Positions 8,944 to 18,437 of a stretch of DNA of 64,000 nt are shown here, piece by piece. The translations under genes were made by a program, and so were the position numbers. The notes under the pieces are model-generated. The model did not search any database. It was not told the DNA's origin and worked only from the letters and a program-made list of their open reading frames with translations. Positions within the stretch are counted from its first letter, which is position 1. Each line of letters starts with the position of its first letter. The DNA lies in assembly GCA_036381515.1 (NCBI GenBank), contig DASVCR010000054.1, forward strand, positions 6,811 to 70,810, written 5' to 3'. The DNA comes from Gammaproteobacteria bacterium (GTDB lineage Bacteria; Pseudomonadota; Gammaproteobacteria; Steroidobacterales; Rariloculaceae).

Positions 8944-9684
8944 ATGGAAGTCGAAGACCTGGGTCACCACATCTCGAGACGGTTCAACGAGGACCTCGAG
9001 CGCGTCCGCAACTCGGTGCTGACGATGGGGGGGCTCGTCGAGGACCAGCTCGATCGCGCGATGCGCGCGCTCGCGGAGGCCGACAGCGAGCTGGGGCTGC
9101 AGGTCGCCGAGAACGACGCGAAGGTCAACAAGATGGAGGTCGCGATCGACGAGGAGTGCAGCCGCATCCTCGCGACCCGCGCGCCGACCGCCGGGGACCT
9201 GCGCCTGATCATCGCCGTCATCAAGACGATCACCGATCTCGAGCGGGTCGGCGACGAGGCCGAGAAGATCGGCGTGCTGGCCGCGCGGCTCGCGGGCCAG
9301 GAGCGCCCGTCGACGAACTACCGGGAGCTGCGCAACCTCGCGCAGCACGTGAAGGAGATGCTGCGCGGCGCGCTCGACGCGTTCGCGCGCCTCGATGCGA
9401 AGGCGGCGCTCGCGGTCGTGAAGGCGGATGACGTCGTCGACGAGGAGTACGAGTCGATCTATCGTCAGGGGCTGACGTTCATGATCGAGGATCCGCGGAC
9501 GATCTCGCGCGTCATGGACACGATGTGGGTCGCCCGGGCGCTCGAACGGATCGGCGATCATGCGAAGAACATCTGCGAGTACGTGATATTCATGGTGCAC
9601 GGCAAGGATCTGAGGTATACGGGGCTCGAGCACATCGAGGCGGAGGTGCAGGAGGCGGTGCGCCGTCGGGAGAGCCGCTCGTGA
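8944..9684 (+). CDS. phoU: Phosphate signalling complex protein PhoU
   Basis: HHISRRFNEDLE, PTAGDLR, TDLERVGDEA, LERIGDHAKNICE. Confidence 0.97.
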   Translation: MEVEDLGHHISRRFNEDLERVRNSVLTMGGLVEDQLDRAMRALAEADSELGLQVAENDAKVNKMEVAIDEECSRILATRAPTAGDLRLIIAVIKTITDLERVGDEAEKIGVLAARLAGQERPSTNYRELRNLAQHVKEMLRGALDAFARLDAKAALAVVKADDVVDEEYESIYRQGLTFMIEDPRTISRVMDTMWVARALERIGDHAKNICEYVIFMVHGKDLRYTGLEHIEAEVQEAVRRRESRS

Positions 9685-10217
9685 TCGCCGTGGCCGGCGC
9701 GGCGCCGCGGCAGTGGTTCGGGACGCGCGGCGGGCGGCGGCTCCTGAACGGCATCGGCTTCCTGATCGTCGCCGCGCTGATGGGGTATGCGCTCTATGCG
9801 GAGCACGTCCTCGGGCTCGCGCCGTGTCCGCTCTGCATCTTCCAGCGGGTCGCGATGATCGCGCTCGGCTTCATGTTCCTTGCCGCGGCGCTGCATGCGC
9901 CGACCGGGTGGGGCGCGCGCGTGTACGCGGGCCTCGGCGCGATCGTCGCGCTGACCGGTGTCGGCATCGCGGGGTGGCACGTGCGGATGCAGAACCTGCC
10001 GCCGGACGCGATCCCGAGCTGCGGTCCCGGCCTCAACGTCTACTTCGAGACGCTCCCGGTGCTCGAAGCGCTGCGCGCGGTCTTCACGGCGTCCGGCGAG
10101 TGCTCGGAGGTCAACTGGACCTTCCTCGGCCTCAGCATGCCGGCGTGGGTGCTGATCTGGTTCGTGCTGCTCGGCGCGCTCGCCGTCGCCGCGAACTGGG
10201 CGCGCGTCTCCCGCTGA
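9681..10217 (+). CDS. dsbB: Disulfide bond formation protein B
   Basis: PCPLCIFQR, second Cys pair (SCGPG...GECSEV), FLGLSMPAW; GTG start overlaps the phoU stop (GTGA). Confidence 0.93.
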   Translation: MIAVAGAAPRQWFGTRGGRRLLNGIGFLIVAALMGYALYAEHVLGLAPCPLCIFQRVAMIALGFMFLAAALHAPTGWGARVYAGLGAIVALTGVGIAGWHVRMQNLPPDAIPSCGPGLNVYFETLPVLEALRAVFTASGECSEVNWTFLGLSMPAWVLIWFVLLGALAVAANWARVSR

Positions 10218-10225
10218 AATCGCGC

Positions 10226-10279
10226 GAAAATTGTGTCAGACACATTTTTCCCCGGAAAAATGTGTCTGACACAATTTTC
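10226..10279. repeat. REP-like palindromic doublet (type A, copy 3), downstream flank of the Y1 transposase
   Basis: GAAAATTGTGTCAGACACATTTTTCC-CC-GGAAAAATGTGTCTGACACAATTTTC, perfect 26-bp stem. Confidence 0.95.
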
Positions 10280-10291
10280 CGTGTTTCGCCG

Positions 10292-10984
10292 TCAGCTCGT
10301 CCGCCGCGGCGGCCGCCCCCTTTTCCTCTTCACGAGCGGCCGCTGCACGGCGGTTTCCAGGCTCTGCCTGAACGCGTCATCGCCAGTCGGTACGCTATCG
10401 TTCAGGCCTTCCCGGATCCTCTGCACCGTTTCCTCCGGCAGCCTTTCGCAAATCAGCTCGCGATACCGGGCGGCCCTTTCGAACGGTGTCGGCCCGAGTA
10501 ACAGAAAGGTCGGGTGCGGAGCGATCAGGGAGGACGGGGCGCCCGTGGAGTTGACGCGGCAGCTGCTCCACGGATACGCATCTGGGCGCCGGACGATCCC
10601 GGCCCGGACCGGGTTCAGCTCGATATAGCGATAGCACGCGAGACAGTAATAGTCGGCATCGATGGGTGAGGCATGGAAACGGCTCTCCCACAACGATCCG
10701 GTACGCGCGTAGCGCGCGTTGAAGTGGGCGGAATAGCGGCCGGAGACGTACTGCAGGAGGCGCGAGACGCCGTCGGGAAGCCGCGACGTCAGAAGCAGGT
10801 GCACGTGATTCGTCATCAAGACGTAGGCATGGACGCTGGTCTCAAAACGACGTGCGCCTGTGCGAAGGAGGGACAGATAGTCCACGAAGTCGCGCCGGTC
10901 CAGAAACGTCGCATCCCGGTTGTGCCCGCGTTGGACGACGTGGAACGTCAAGCCTGACAGACGAATCCGGTGTGCTCGGCCCAT
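10292..10984 (-). CDS. HUH Y1 transposase (REP-associated tyrosine transposase-like)
   Basis: FHVVQRGHNR, HAYVLMTNHVHLL (HUH), LWESRF, RYIELNPVRAG (catalytic Tyr), YPWSS, C-terminal KRGRP; start taken at MGRAHR. Confidence 0.92.
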   Translation of the reverse strand: MGRAHRIRLSGLTFHVVQRGHNRDATFLDRRDFVDYLSLLRTGARRFETSVHAYVLMTNHVHLLLTSRLPDGVSRLLQYVSGRYSAHFNARYARTGSLWESRFHASPIDADYYCLACYRYIELNPVRAGIVRRPDAYPWSSCRVNSTGAPSSLIAPHPTFLLLGPTPFERAARYRELICERLPEETVQRIREGLNDSVPTGDDAFRQSLETAVQRPLVKRKRGRPPRRTS

Positions 10985-11068
10985 GACGGAGGGTGCAGGA
11001 ACCAGACCCGACGAGCGTAGTACGCCCGGGAGCTCGCCTGCAGCCGTCAATCCCGCCGCGACATCGAG

Positions 11069-11120
11069 AAAAATGTGTCAGACACGATTTTCCGTGGAAA
11101 ATCGTGTCTGACACATTTTT
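11069..11120. repeat. REP-like palindromic doublet (type A, copy 4), upstream flank of the Y1 transposase
   Basis: AAAAATGTGTCAGACACGATTTTCC-GT-GGAAAATCGTGTCTGACACATTTTT, perfect 25-bp stem. Confidence 0.95.
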
Positions 11121-12250
11121 TAGAGGAGCAGGCGCTCGGCGATCCGGAAGTAGATCCGCTCGAGGCGCTCGAGGTCCTCGATCGCGACGCACTCGTCGAC
11201 CTTGTGGATCGTCGCGTTCAACGGGCCGAGCTCGACGACGTCGATGCCGTAGGGCGCGATGAAGCGGCCGTCCGACGTGCCGCCGCTCGTCGAGAGCTCT
11301 GGTGTAAGGCCGGTCTCGTGCGCGACGGCTTCGTCGACCGTCTCGGTCAGCCTGCCGGGCGCCGTCAGGAACGGCTCGCCGGCGACGCGCCACCTGATCG
11401 TGTAGTCGATGCCGAGCCGCTCGAGCTCGGCCTCGACGCGTGCGGCCAGCGACTGCGCCGTCCACTCGGTCGAGTAACGGAAGTTGAAGCGGCAGTTGAG
11501 CTCGCCCGGGACGACGTTCGGCGCGCCGGCGTCGGAATGCACGTTCACCATCTGAAACGTCGTCGGCGGGAAGTGCGCGTTGCCCGCGTCCATCGGCTCG
11601 CGCGTGATCGCCGCGACGAAGCGCGCGAACGCATGCATCGGGTTCTCGGACGCGAGCGGATACGCGACATGACCCTGGACGCCGCGCACCGTCAGGAACC
11701 CGGTCAGCGAGCCCCGGCGCCCGATCCGGACCGTGTCGCCGAGACGCTCGCTGCTCGACGGCTCGCCGACGATGCAGTAGTCGAACAGCTCGCCGCGCGC
11801 CGCGAGGCGCTCCATGACCTTGAGCGTCCCGTCGTCGGCCGCGCCTTCCTCGTCGCTCGTGATCAGGAGCGCGATCGACCCGGGCGCGTCCGGATACGCA
11901 GCCGCGAACCGCTCGGCGGCCTTGATCATCGCCGCGAGGCTGCCCTTCATGTCCGCCGCGCCGCGGCCGATCAGCATCCCATCGCGCACCGTCGCCGCGA
12001 ACGGCGGCGCGCACCACTGGTCCTCGGGACCGGGCGGCACGACGTCGGTGTGGCCGGCGAAGACGAGGACCGGGCGCCCGGTGCCGCGCCGCAGCCACAG
12101 GTTGTCGACCGGACCGAAGCGCATCGGCTCGGCCGTGAACCCGGAGGCCGAGAGCTCTTCGGCGATCAGCGCCTGACAGCCGGCATCGTCGGGCGTCACG
12201 GACGGACGCTGGATCAGTGCGCGCGCGAGCGCGACGAGGTCGAGGCTCAC
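11120..12250 (-). CDS. dapE: Succinyl-diaminopimelate desuccinylase
   Basis: SVTPDDAGCQ, FAGHTDVVP, GRGAADMKGSLAAM, TSDEE, GRRGSL, QGHVAYP, GGTSDGRF; GTG start after GGAGG. Confidence 0.96.
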   Translation of the reverse strand: MSLDLVALARALIQRPSVTPDDAGCQALIAEELSASGFTAEPMRFGPVDNLWLRRGTGRPVLVFAGHTDVVPPGPEDQWCAPPFAATVRDGMLIGRGAADMKGSLAAMIKAAERFAAAYPDAPGSIALLITSDEEGAADDGTLKVMERLAARGELFDYCIVGEPSSSERLGDTVRIGRRGSLTGFLTVRGVQGHVAYPLASENPMHAFARFVAAITREPMDAGNAHFPPTTFQMVNVHSDAGAPNVVPGELNCRFNFRYSTEWTAQSLAARVEAELERLGIDYTIRWRVAGEPFLTAPGRLTETVDEAVAHETGLTPELSTSGGTSDGRFIAPYGIDVVELGPLNATIHKVDECVAIEDLERLERIYFRIAERLLL

Positions 12251-12355
12251 GCCGGCCCCTCCATGATTTTCCGCGCGAAGGATCGAGCACAACCCATTGA
12301 TCTTACGAGGCCCTCATGCCGTCCGCCCGCGTCGACCGGCGGCCACGGCGCCGGC

Positions 12356-12389
12356 CTGCAACAATTCCGTAACATTCGTCGACTACCTT
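12356..12389 (+). promoter_or_regulatory. Putative Pho box plus -10 for pstSCAB
   Basis: CTGCAAC-AATT-CCGTAAC (7-4-7) followed exactly 10 bp later by TACCTT. Confidence 0.65.
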
Positions 12390-12399
12390 TCGGCCCGTC

Positions 12400-13476
12400 A
12401 TGCGAGCCGACGACTTCCCGTCAGCGCCCGTCGTCCGTGCCGTCGCGGCGCTCCTGCTCGCGCTCGCGACCGCCTCGCCGGCGGCGGCGCAAATCGCCCG
12501 CGACTATATCAACATCGTCGGCTCGTCGACGGTTTATCCCTTCGCGACCGTCGTCGCCGAGCGCTTCGGGCGCGCGACCCGCTTCAAGACGCCGAAGGTC
12601 GAGGCGACCGGCAGCGGCGGCGGCATCAAGCTGTTCTGCAACGGCCTCGGCGTGCGCCACCCGGACATCGTGAACTCCTCGCGGCGCATCAAGCGGAGCG
12701 AGATCGAGAGCTGCGCCCGGAACGGCGTCCGCGAGGTCGTCGAGTTCGTCGTCGGCTACGACGGCATCGTCCTCGCGTCGTCTCGAGATGCGAACCCTAT
12801 CTCTCTGACGCTGCAGCAAGTCTACCTCGCCCTCGCGAAGCACGTCCCGGATCCGTCGGGCGCCCCGCGGCTCGTCCCGAATCCGTATCGCCGGTGGTCC
12901 GACCTCGATCCGAAGCTTCCGGGCGCCGAGATCGAGGTGCTCGGGCCCCCGCCGACCTCCGGCACGCGCGACGCGTTCCTCGAGCTCGCGATGGAAGGCG
13001 GGTGCGGCACGTTCGAGCTGATCCGGTCGCTCGGCGACGACGAGCGCCTCGTCGCGTGCCACACGCTCCGCGAGGACGGCGCGTATGTCGAGGCCGGCGA
13101 GAACGACAACCTGATCGTGCAGAAGCTGAACGCGAACCCGAACGCGCTCGGCATCTTCGGCTACAGCTTCCTCGATCAGAACGGCGACCGTGTCCGCGCC
13201 GTCGCGATCGACGGCGTCGAGCCGACCTTCGAGACGATCGCCGATTCCAGGTATCCGATCTCGCGGCCGCTGTACTTCTACGTGAAGAAGGCGCACGTCG
13301 GCGTGATCCCGGGCATCGAGGGGTACCTCCGCGAGTTCATGAGCGAGGCCGCGGCGGGCGACTACGGTTATCTCTCCGATCTCGGGCTCGTGCCGCTTCG
13401 CGAGAACGAGCGCCGGGAGATGGTCGAGCGGATCGAATCGCTCGAGTCCCTGCAGCTCGCGAACGTCACACGATGA
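12400..13476 (+). CDS. pstS: Phosphate ABC transporter substrate-binding protein
   Basis: Signal peptide, VGSSTVYPF, TGSGGG, GPPPTSGTRDAF, YPISRPLYFY. Confidence 0.95.
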   Translation: MRADDFPSAPVVRAVAALLLALATASPAAAQIARDYINIVGSSTVYPFATVVAERFGRATRFKTPKVEATGSGGGIKLFCNGLGVRHPDIVNSSRRIKRSEIESCARNGVREVVEFVVGYDGIVLASSRDANPISLTLQQVYLALAKHVPDPSGAPRLVPNPYRRWSDLDPKLPGAEIEVLGPPPTSGTRDAFLELAMEGGCGTFELIRSLGDDERLVACHTLREDGAYVEAGENDNLIVQKLNANPNALGIFGYSFLDQNGDRVRAVAIDGVEPTFETIADSRYPISRPLYFYVKKAHVGVIPGIEGYLREFMSEAAAGDYGYLSDLGLVPLRENERREMVERIESLESLQLANVTR

Positions 13477-13504
13477 TCGGCGACGTCGTGCGCCGAGCGC
13501 CCGC

Positions 13505-14890
13505 ATGAGCGCTTCGACGGTCCTGATCGTGCTGCTCGGCCTGAGCGCGCTCGCGTACGCGGCCGGGCGTCAGCGGGCCATCGCCGGCGAGGGCACGGCC
13601 CCGACCCGCACGTACCACTCACTGCCCGGCTACTACGGCGGCTACGTCGCGCTGTGGTGTCTATTGCCGACGCTCGCGCTCTTCGCGATCTGGCTCGCGG
13701 TCGAGCCGATCGTGCTGAAGGCCGCGGTCGTCGATGCGCTGCCCCCGCCACTGCAGTCGCTTCCCGACGCGGAGCTCGGCTTGCTCTACAACGACGTGCG
13801 CAACCTCGTCGACGGCAACGTCGTCTTCGGCCAGCCGCAGCCCGCGGTCGTCGAGGCCGCCGAGCGCTATGCTCGGCTCAGGAGCGTCAGCCGCTATCTG
13901 CTCGCGGCCACCGTCGTCGTCGCGGGCGTCGCGTCGCTCGTGTTCGCGTACCGGCGCGTGCGGCCCGAGATGCGCGCGCGGAACCAGGTCGAGAAGACGA
14001 TCGAGTACCTGCTCGTCGCCGCGTCGCTCGTCGCGATCCTGACGACGATCGGCATTTTTCTTTCCGTGCTGTTCGAGGCGCTCAGGTTCTTCCGCCAGGT
14101 CTCGCCGATCGATTTCCTGTTCGGGCTCGACTGGAGCCCGCAGACCGCGATACGCGAGGACCAGGTCGGGGCGTCCGGCGCGTTCGGCGCGATTCCGCTC
14201 TTCACCGGCACGTTGCTGATCTCCGGGATCGCGATGCTCGTCGCGGCGCCGGTCGGCCTGATGTCGGCGATTTATCTCTCCGAGTACGCGAATCCGCGCC
14301 TGCGCAGCTACGCGAAGCCGCTGCTCGAGCTGCTCGCCGGAATCCCGACGGTCGTCTACGGCTATTTCGCCGCGCTCTGGGTCGGGCCGATGCTGCGGCG
14401 CTTCGGGGAGGCGGTCGGGCTCGATGTCGCGTCCGAAAGCGCGCTCGGCGCGGGGCTCGTGATGGGCGTCATGATCATCCCGTTCGTGTCGTCGCTGTCG
14501 GACGACGTCATCAACGCCGTGCCGCAGTCGCTCCGCGACGGCTCGTACGGGCTCGGCGCGACGCGCTCGGAGACGATCCGCCACGTCGTGCTGCCCGCGG
14601 CGCTGCCCGGCATCGTCGGCGCGCTCCTGCTCGCCGTGTCGCGCGCGATCGGCGAGACGATGATCGTCGTGATGGCGGCGGGGCTCGCCGCGAACCTGAC
14701 CGCGAACCCGTTCGACGCGGTGACGACGGTGACGGTGCAGATCGTGACGCTGCTCGTCGGCGACCAGGAGTTCGACAGCGCGAAGACGCTCGCCGCGTTT
14801 GCGCTCGGGCTCGTGCTGTTTCTCGTGACGCTGCTGCTCAACGTCGTCGCGCTCAAGGTCGTGCGGCGCTACAGGGAACAATATGAGTGA
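13505..14890 (+). CDS. pstC: Phosphate ABC transporter permease PstC
   Basis: LAGIPTVVYG, SRAIGETMIV, multiple TM segments; operon position. Confidence 0.95.
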   Translation: MSASTVLIVLLGLSALAYAAGRQRAIAGEGTAPTRTYHSLPGYYGGYVALWCLLPTLALFAIWLAVEPIVLKAAVVDALPPPLQSLPDAELGLLYNDVRNLVDGNVVFGQPQPAVVEAAERYARLRSVSRYLLAATVVVAGVASLVFAYRRVRPEMRARNQVEKTIEYLLVAASLVAILTTIGIFLSVLFEALRFFRQVSPIDFLFGLDWSPQTAIREDQVGASGAFGAIPLFTGTLLISGIAMLVAAPVGLMSAIYLSEYANPRLRSYAKPLLELLAGIPTVVYGYFAALWVGPMLRRFGEAVGLDVASESALGAGLVMGVMIIPFVSSLSDDVINAVPQSLRDGSYGLGATRSETIRHVVLPAALPGIVGALLLAVSRAIGETMIVVMAAGLAANLTANPFDAVTTVTVQIVTLLVGDQEFDSAKTLAAFALGLVLFLVTLLLNVVALKVVRRYREQYE

Positions 14891-16187
14891 CGTCGACGCG
14901 AGCGGCCCGATGCAGCCGACGCGCGCCCGCGTCGCCGAGGGACTCGCGCGCCGCTACCGGCGCGAGCGGCGTTTCAGGCTGCTCGGGCTCGCCGCGCTCC
15001 TGTTCGGGCTCGGCTTCCTCGCGGTGTTCTTCGTCACGCTGATCGTGAACGGCCACACCGCGTTCGTGCAGACGCGGATCCTGCTCGACATCGAGCTCGA
15101 CGCCGCGAGCATCGATCCCGACGGCCGCCGCGACCCTGTCGCGCTCGAGACGGCCAACTACCAGGCGCTGATCCGCGACGCGCTCCGTCTGCGCTTCCCG
15201 GACGTCACCGAGCGGCGTGACCTGCGCGAGCTCTACGCGCTCGTGAGCCCGGCGGCCGACCTCGAGATCCGCCGGCTCGTGCTCGAGGATCCGGCCGTGA
15301 TCGGCGAGACGCTTAGCCTCTGGCTCCTCGCGGACGACGACGTCGACATGCTCGTCAAGGGCCACATCGACCGGAACGCGCCGGAGGCGGGGCGGCGGCT
15401 CTCGGACCAGCAGATTCGCTGGGTCGACGCGCTCGAGGCCGACGGGCGCGTGGACTTGAAGCTCAACCGCTACTTCTTCACGTCGGGCGACTCGCGCGAC
15501 CCCGAGCTCGCCGGCATCCGCAGCGCGACCGTCGGCTCGTTCTTCATGCTGCTCGTGACGCTCGCGCTGTCGTTCCCGCTCGGCGTCGCGACGGCCGTCT
15601 ATCTCGAGGAGTTCGCGCCGCGAAACCGCTGGACGGACCTGATCGAGGTCAACATCAACAACCTCGCCGCCGTGCCGTCGATCGTGTTCGGGCTGCTCGG
15701 CTTGGCGCTCTTCATCAACGTGTTCGGGCTTCCGCGCTCGGCGCCGCTCGTCGGCGGCCTCGTGCTGACGCTGATGACGCTGCCCGTGATCATCATCGCG
15801 TCTCGCGCGGCGCTCACGGCCGTGCCGCCGTCGATCCGCGAGGCGGCGCTCGGCGTCGGCGCGTCGAAGATGCAGGTCGTGCTGCACCACGTGCTGCCGC
15901 TCGCGCTGCCGGGCATGCTGACCGGCACGATCATCGGCATGGCGCGCGCGCTGGGCGAATCAGCGCCGCTCCTGATGATCGGCATGGTCGCGTTCATCGT
16001 CGACGTGCCGGAGTCGCCGCTCGACCCGTCGTCGGCGCTGCCGGTGCAGATCTTCCTGTGGGCGGACAGCCCGGAGCGCGCGTTCGTCGAGCGCACGTCC
16101 GCGGCGATCCTCGTGCTGCTCGCGTTCCTCGTGCTGATGAACGGCGTCGCGATCCTGCTCCGGAAGCGCTTCGAGCGGAGATGGTGA
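14883..16187 (+). CDS. pstA: Phosphate ABC transporter permease PstA
   Basis: NINNLAAVPSIVFGLLG, IREAALGVGAS (EAA loop), ARALGESAPL. Confidence 0.95.
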   Translation: MSDVDASGPMQPTRARVAEGLARRYRRERRFRLLGLAALLFGLGFLAVFFVTLIVNGHTAFVQTRILLDIELDAASIDPDGRRDPVALETANYQALIRDALRLRFPDVTERRDLRELYALVSPAADLEIRRLVLEDPAVIGETLSLWLLADDDVDMLVKGHIDRNAPEAGRRLSDQQIRWVDALEADGRVDLKLNRYFFTSGDSRDPELAGIRSATVGSFFMLLVTLALSFPLGVATAVYLEEFAPRNRWTDLIEVNINNLAAVPSIVFGLLGLALFINVFGLPRSAPLVGGLVLTLMTLPVIIIASRAALTAVPPSIREAALGVGASKMQVVLHHVLPLALPGMLTGTIIGMARALGESAPLLMIGMVAFIVDVPESPLDPSSALPVQIFLWADSPERAFVERTSAAILVLLAFLVLMNGVAILLRKRFERRW

Positions 16188-16251
16188 GCGAAGGCGGTAA
16201 GCTTATGCTCGGCGCGAGCGAGGCCTCACGCCGATCCTGGAGGGGAGTTCG

Positions 16252-17121
16252 ATGCTATCGATGATTCGACCGGCCACCGCGGTGGCGCAGCAGGAGGCCG
16301 CGCCCGCCGCACCGGAGCCTGCTCCGGCCCCGGCCTACCGCACGGTCGGCGACTACCGCGCGGCGAACCCGATCATCACGGCCCGCGACGTGAACGTGTT
16401 CTACGGCGAGAAGCAGGCGATTCAGAGCGTGAGCCTCGACATCGGCCTGAACGAGGTCATCGCGCTGATCGGCCCGTCCGGCTGCGGCAAGTCGACGTTC
16501 CTGCGCTGCCTGAACCGCATGAACGACACGATCGAGTCGGCGCGGGTGACCGGCGAGATCAAGCTCTACGACGAGGACATCTACGCGAAGCAGATGGACG
16601 TCGTGATGCTGCGCGCGCGCGTCGGAATGGTGTTCCAGAAGCCGAACCCGTTCCCGAAGTCCGTCTACGACAACGTCGCGTACGGGCCGCGGATCCATGG
16701 GCTCGCGCGCGACCGCGCCGAGCTCGACGAGATCGTGCAGAAGAGCCTCGAGCGCGCGGGCCTCTGGTCCGAGGTCAAGGACAGGCTCGAGGAGCCGGGC
16801 ACGGGCCTTTCCGGCGGGCAGCAGCAGCGGCTCTGCATCGCTCGGACGATCGCGGTCAGCCCCGAGGTGATCCTGATGGACGAGCCGTGCTCGGCGCTCG
16901 ACCCGATCGCGACGGCCCGCATCGAGGACCTGATCGACGAGCTGAAGCAGAACTACGCGATCGTGATCGTCACGCACTCGATGCAGCAGGCCGCGCGCGT
17001 CTCACAGCGCACCGCCTATTTCCATCTCGGCCGCCTGATCGAGGTCGGCGCGACCGACGAGATCTTCACGAACCCTCGCCACAAGCTGACCGAGGACTAC
17101 ATCACGGGGCGGTTCGGCTGA
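16252..17121 (+). CDS. pstB: Phosphate ABC transporter ATP-binding protein
   Basis: [48 protein letters not shown]. Confidence 0.97.
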   Translation: MLSMIRPATAVAQQEAAPAAPEPAPAPAYRTVGDYRAANPIITARDVNVFYGEKQAIQSVSLDIGLNEVIALIGPSGCGKSTFLRCLNRMNDTIESARVTGEIKLYDEDIYAKQMDVVMLRARVGMVFQKPNPFPKSVYDNVAYGPRIHGLARDRAELDEIVQKSLERAGLWSEVKDRLEEPGTGLSGGQQQRLCIARTIAVSPEVILMDEPCSALDPIATARIEDLIDELKQNYAIVIVTHSMQQAARVSQRTAYFHLGRLIEVGATDEIFTNPRHKLTEDYITGRFG

Positions 17122-17134
17122 CGGCCGACCGACG

Positions 17135-18283
17135 TCACGCCCCGGACGGCGTGCCCTTCTTCGAGTCGAACACCGGCGACGCGACCGGCTGCGACACGGT
17201 TTCGTCCGCTTCGCCCGTCGGCCGGTCCCGCCACCACGTCGCGAGCGTCGCCCCTGTGATGTTCATCAGCGAGCCGAATACGGTCGGCGCGAGCCCGACC
17301 GTCGCCATCTTCCCCATCGTCTGCGCAAGGCCCGTGGCGAGACCGGCATTCTGCAGACCGACCTCGAACGCGATCGTCCGGCACGACTTCTCGTCGAGCT
17401 TCAATGCCCGGCAACACCAGTAGCCGAGAGAATAGCCGGCGAGATTGTGCATCAGCGCGACGACGATCAGGAGCAGGCCGATCTCGAGCAGGTTATCGCG
17501 GCCGCCGGCCGTCATGATCATCAGGATCAGCACGATGCCGAGCATCGACACTCTGGGCATCAGCCGATCGAGCCAGTCGGTCCTGCCGTGCAGGAAACGA
17601 TTGAAGATCAGCCCGGCGGCGATCGGCAGAATCGTGATCTGAATGATGTCCCACATCATCCCCCACGCATCGATCGGGATGTACTGGCCGGCGAGCCACT
17701 GCATGTAAAAGGGCGTAATGAACGGCGCGAGCAGCGTCGCGACGGTCGTCAGCGTGACGGAAAGCGCGAGGTTGGCCTTCGCGATGTAGGACATCACATT
17801 CGATGCGAGCCCGCTCGGAGCGGCGCCGACCAGAATGACTCCGGCGGCAACCTCGGGCTCGAAGCCGAATACCAATGCCAGCGCGGCGCCGACGAACGGC
17901 ATGATCGTGAACTGACAGCCGAGCCCGATGAATACCGCCTTGGGCGCCTTGGCCACGCCGACGAAATCCCTCGCGCTCATCGCGGTGCCCATGCCGAACA
18001 TGATGATCTGCAGCAGCGGCACGATCAGCGTGCTCAACTCGAACTCGCCCCACCGGACGAGCGGAGCCGGCCAGCACATCGCGAACGTAACGCCGGCGAA
18101 GATCAGCAGGCTGAAGGAAATGCCGCGCAGCTTCTCATGGCCGCGCGCGCCGAAAGCCGCCAGTGCAAAGAAGACGACGAGCGCCGCGCCTGCCATCTGC
18201 GGCCGGTCGGCCATGAAGAGGACTATCGCGGTGACGAGCAGGGCGAGCGACGTCCATAGGGCATTGCGATGCAGCGGTGTCAT
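17135..18283 (-). CDS. Bile acid:sodium symporter (BASS) family transporter
   Basis: IMFGMG, QFTIMP, PSGLASNV, FEVGLQNAGLA; start taken at MTPLHRN. Confidence 0.9.
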   Translation of the reverse strand: MTPLHRNALWTSLALLVTAIVLFMADRPQMAGAALVVFFALAAFGARGHEKLRGISFSLLIFAGVTFAMCWPAPLVRWGEFELSTLIVPLLQIIMFGMGTAMSARDFVGVAKAPKAVFIGLGCQFTIMPFVGAALALVFGFEPEVAAGVILVGAAPSGLASNVMSYIAKANLALSVTLTTVATLLAPFITPFYMQWLAGQYIPIDAWGMMWDIIQITILPIAAGLIFNRFLHGRTDWLDRLMPRVSMLGIVLILMIMTAGGRDNLLEIGLLLIVVALMHNLAGYSLGYWCCRALKLDEKSCRTIAFEVGLQNAGLATGLAQTMGKMATVGLAPTVFGSLMNITGATLATWWRDRPTGEADETVSQPVASPVFDSKKGTPSGA

Positions 18284-18437
18284 CGGCGCGCCTCGGCGTA
18301 GTATCGGGTTGTCCGCGTGGGTTGGTGTGTTGATTGTGCCGTGTACAATAGGTGCTCGCCGCGGAATGCGCAAACCTGCATCTATCTCCGACCCGGAGAC
18401 GGACGCTAGCAACCACGTCTCACGGTGATGTCTACGA

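Noticed and set aside
10292..11050. Ordinary IS200/IS605 element, or the longer 252-aa start
   Set aside because: No tnpB, the protein is longer than IS200 TnpA, and the flanks are dispersed repeat doublets. The family-like N-terminus begins at MGRAHR (10984).
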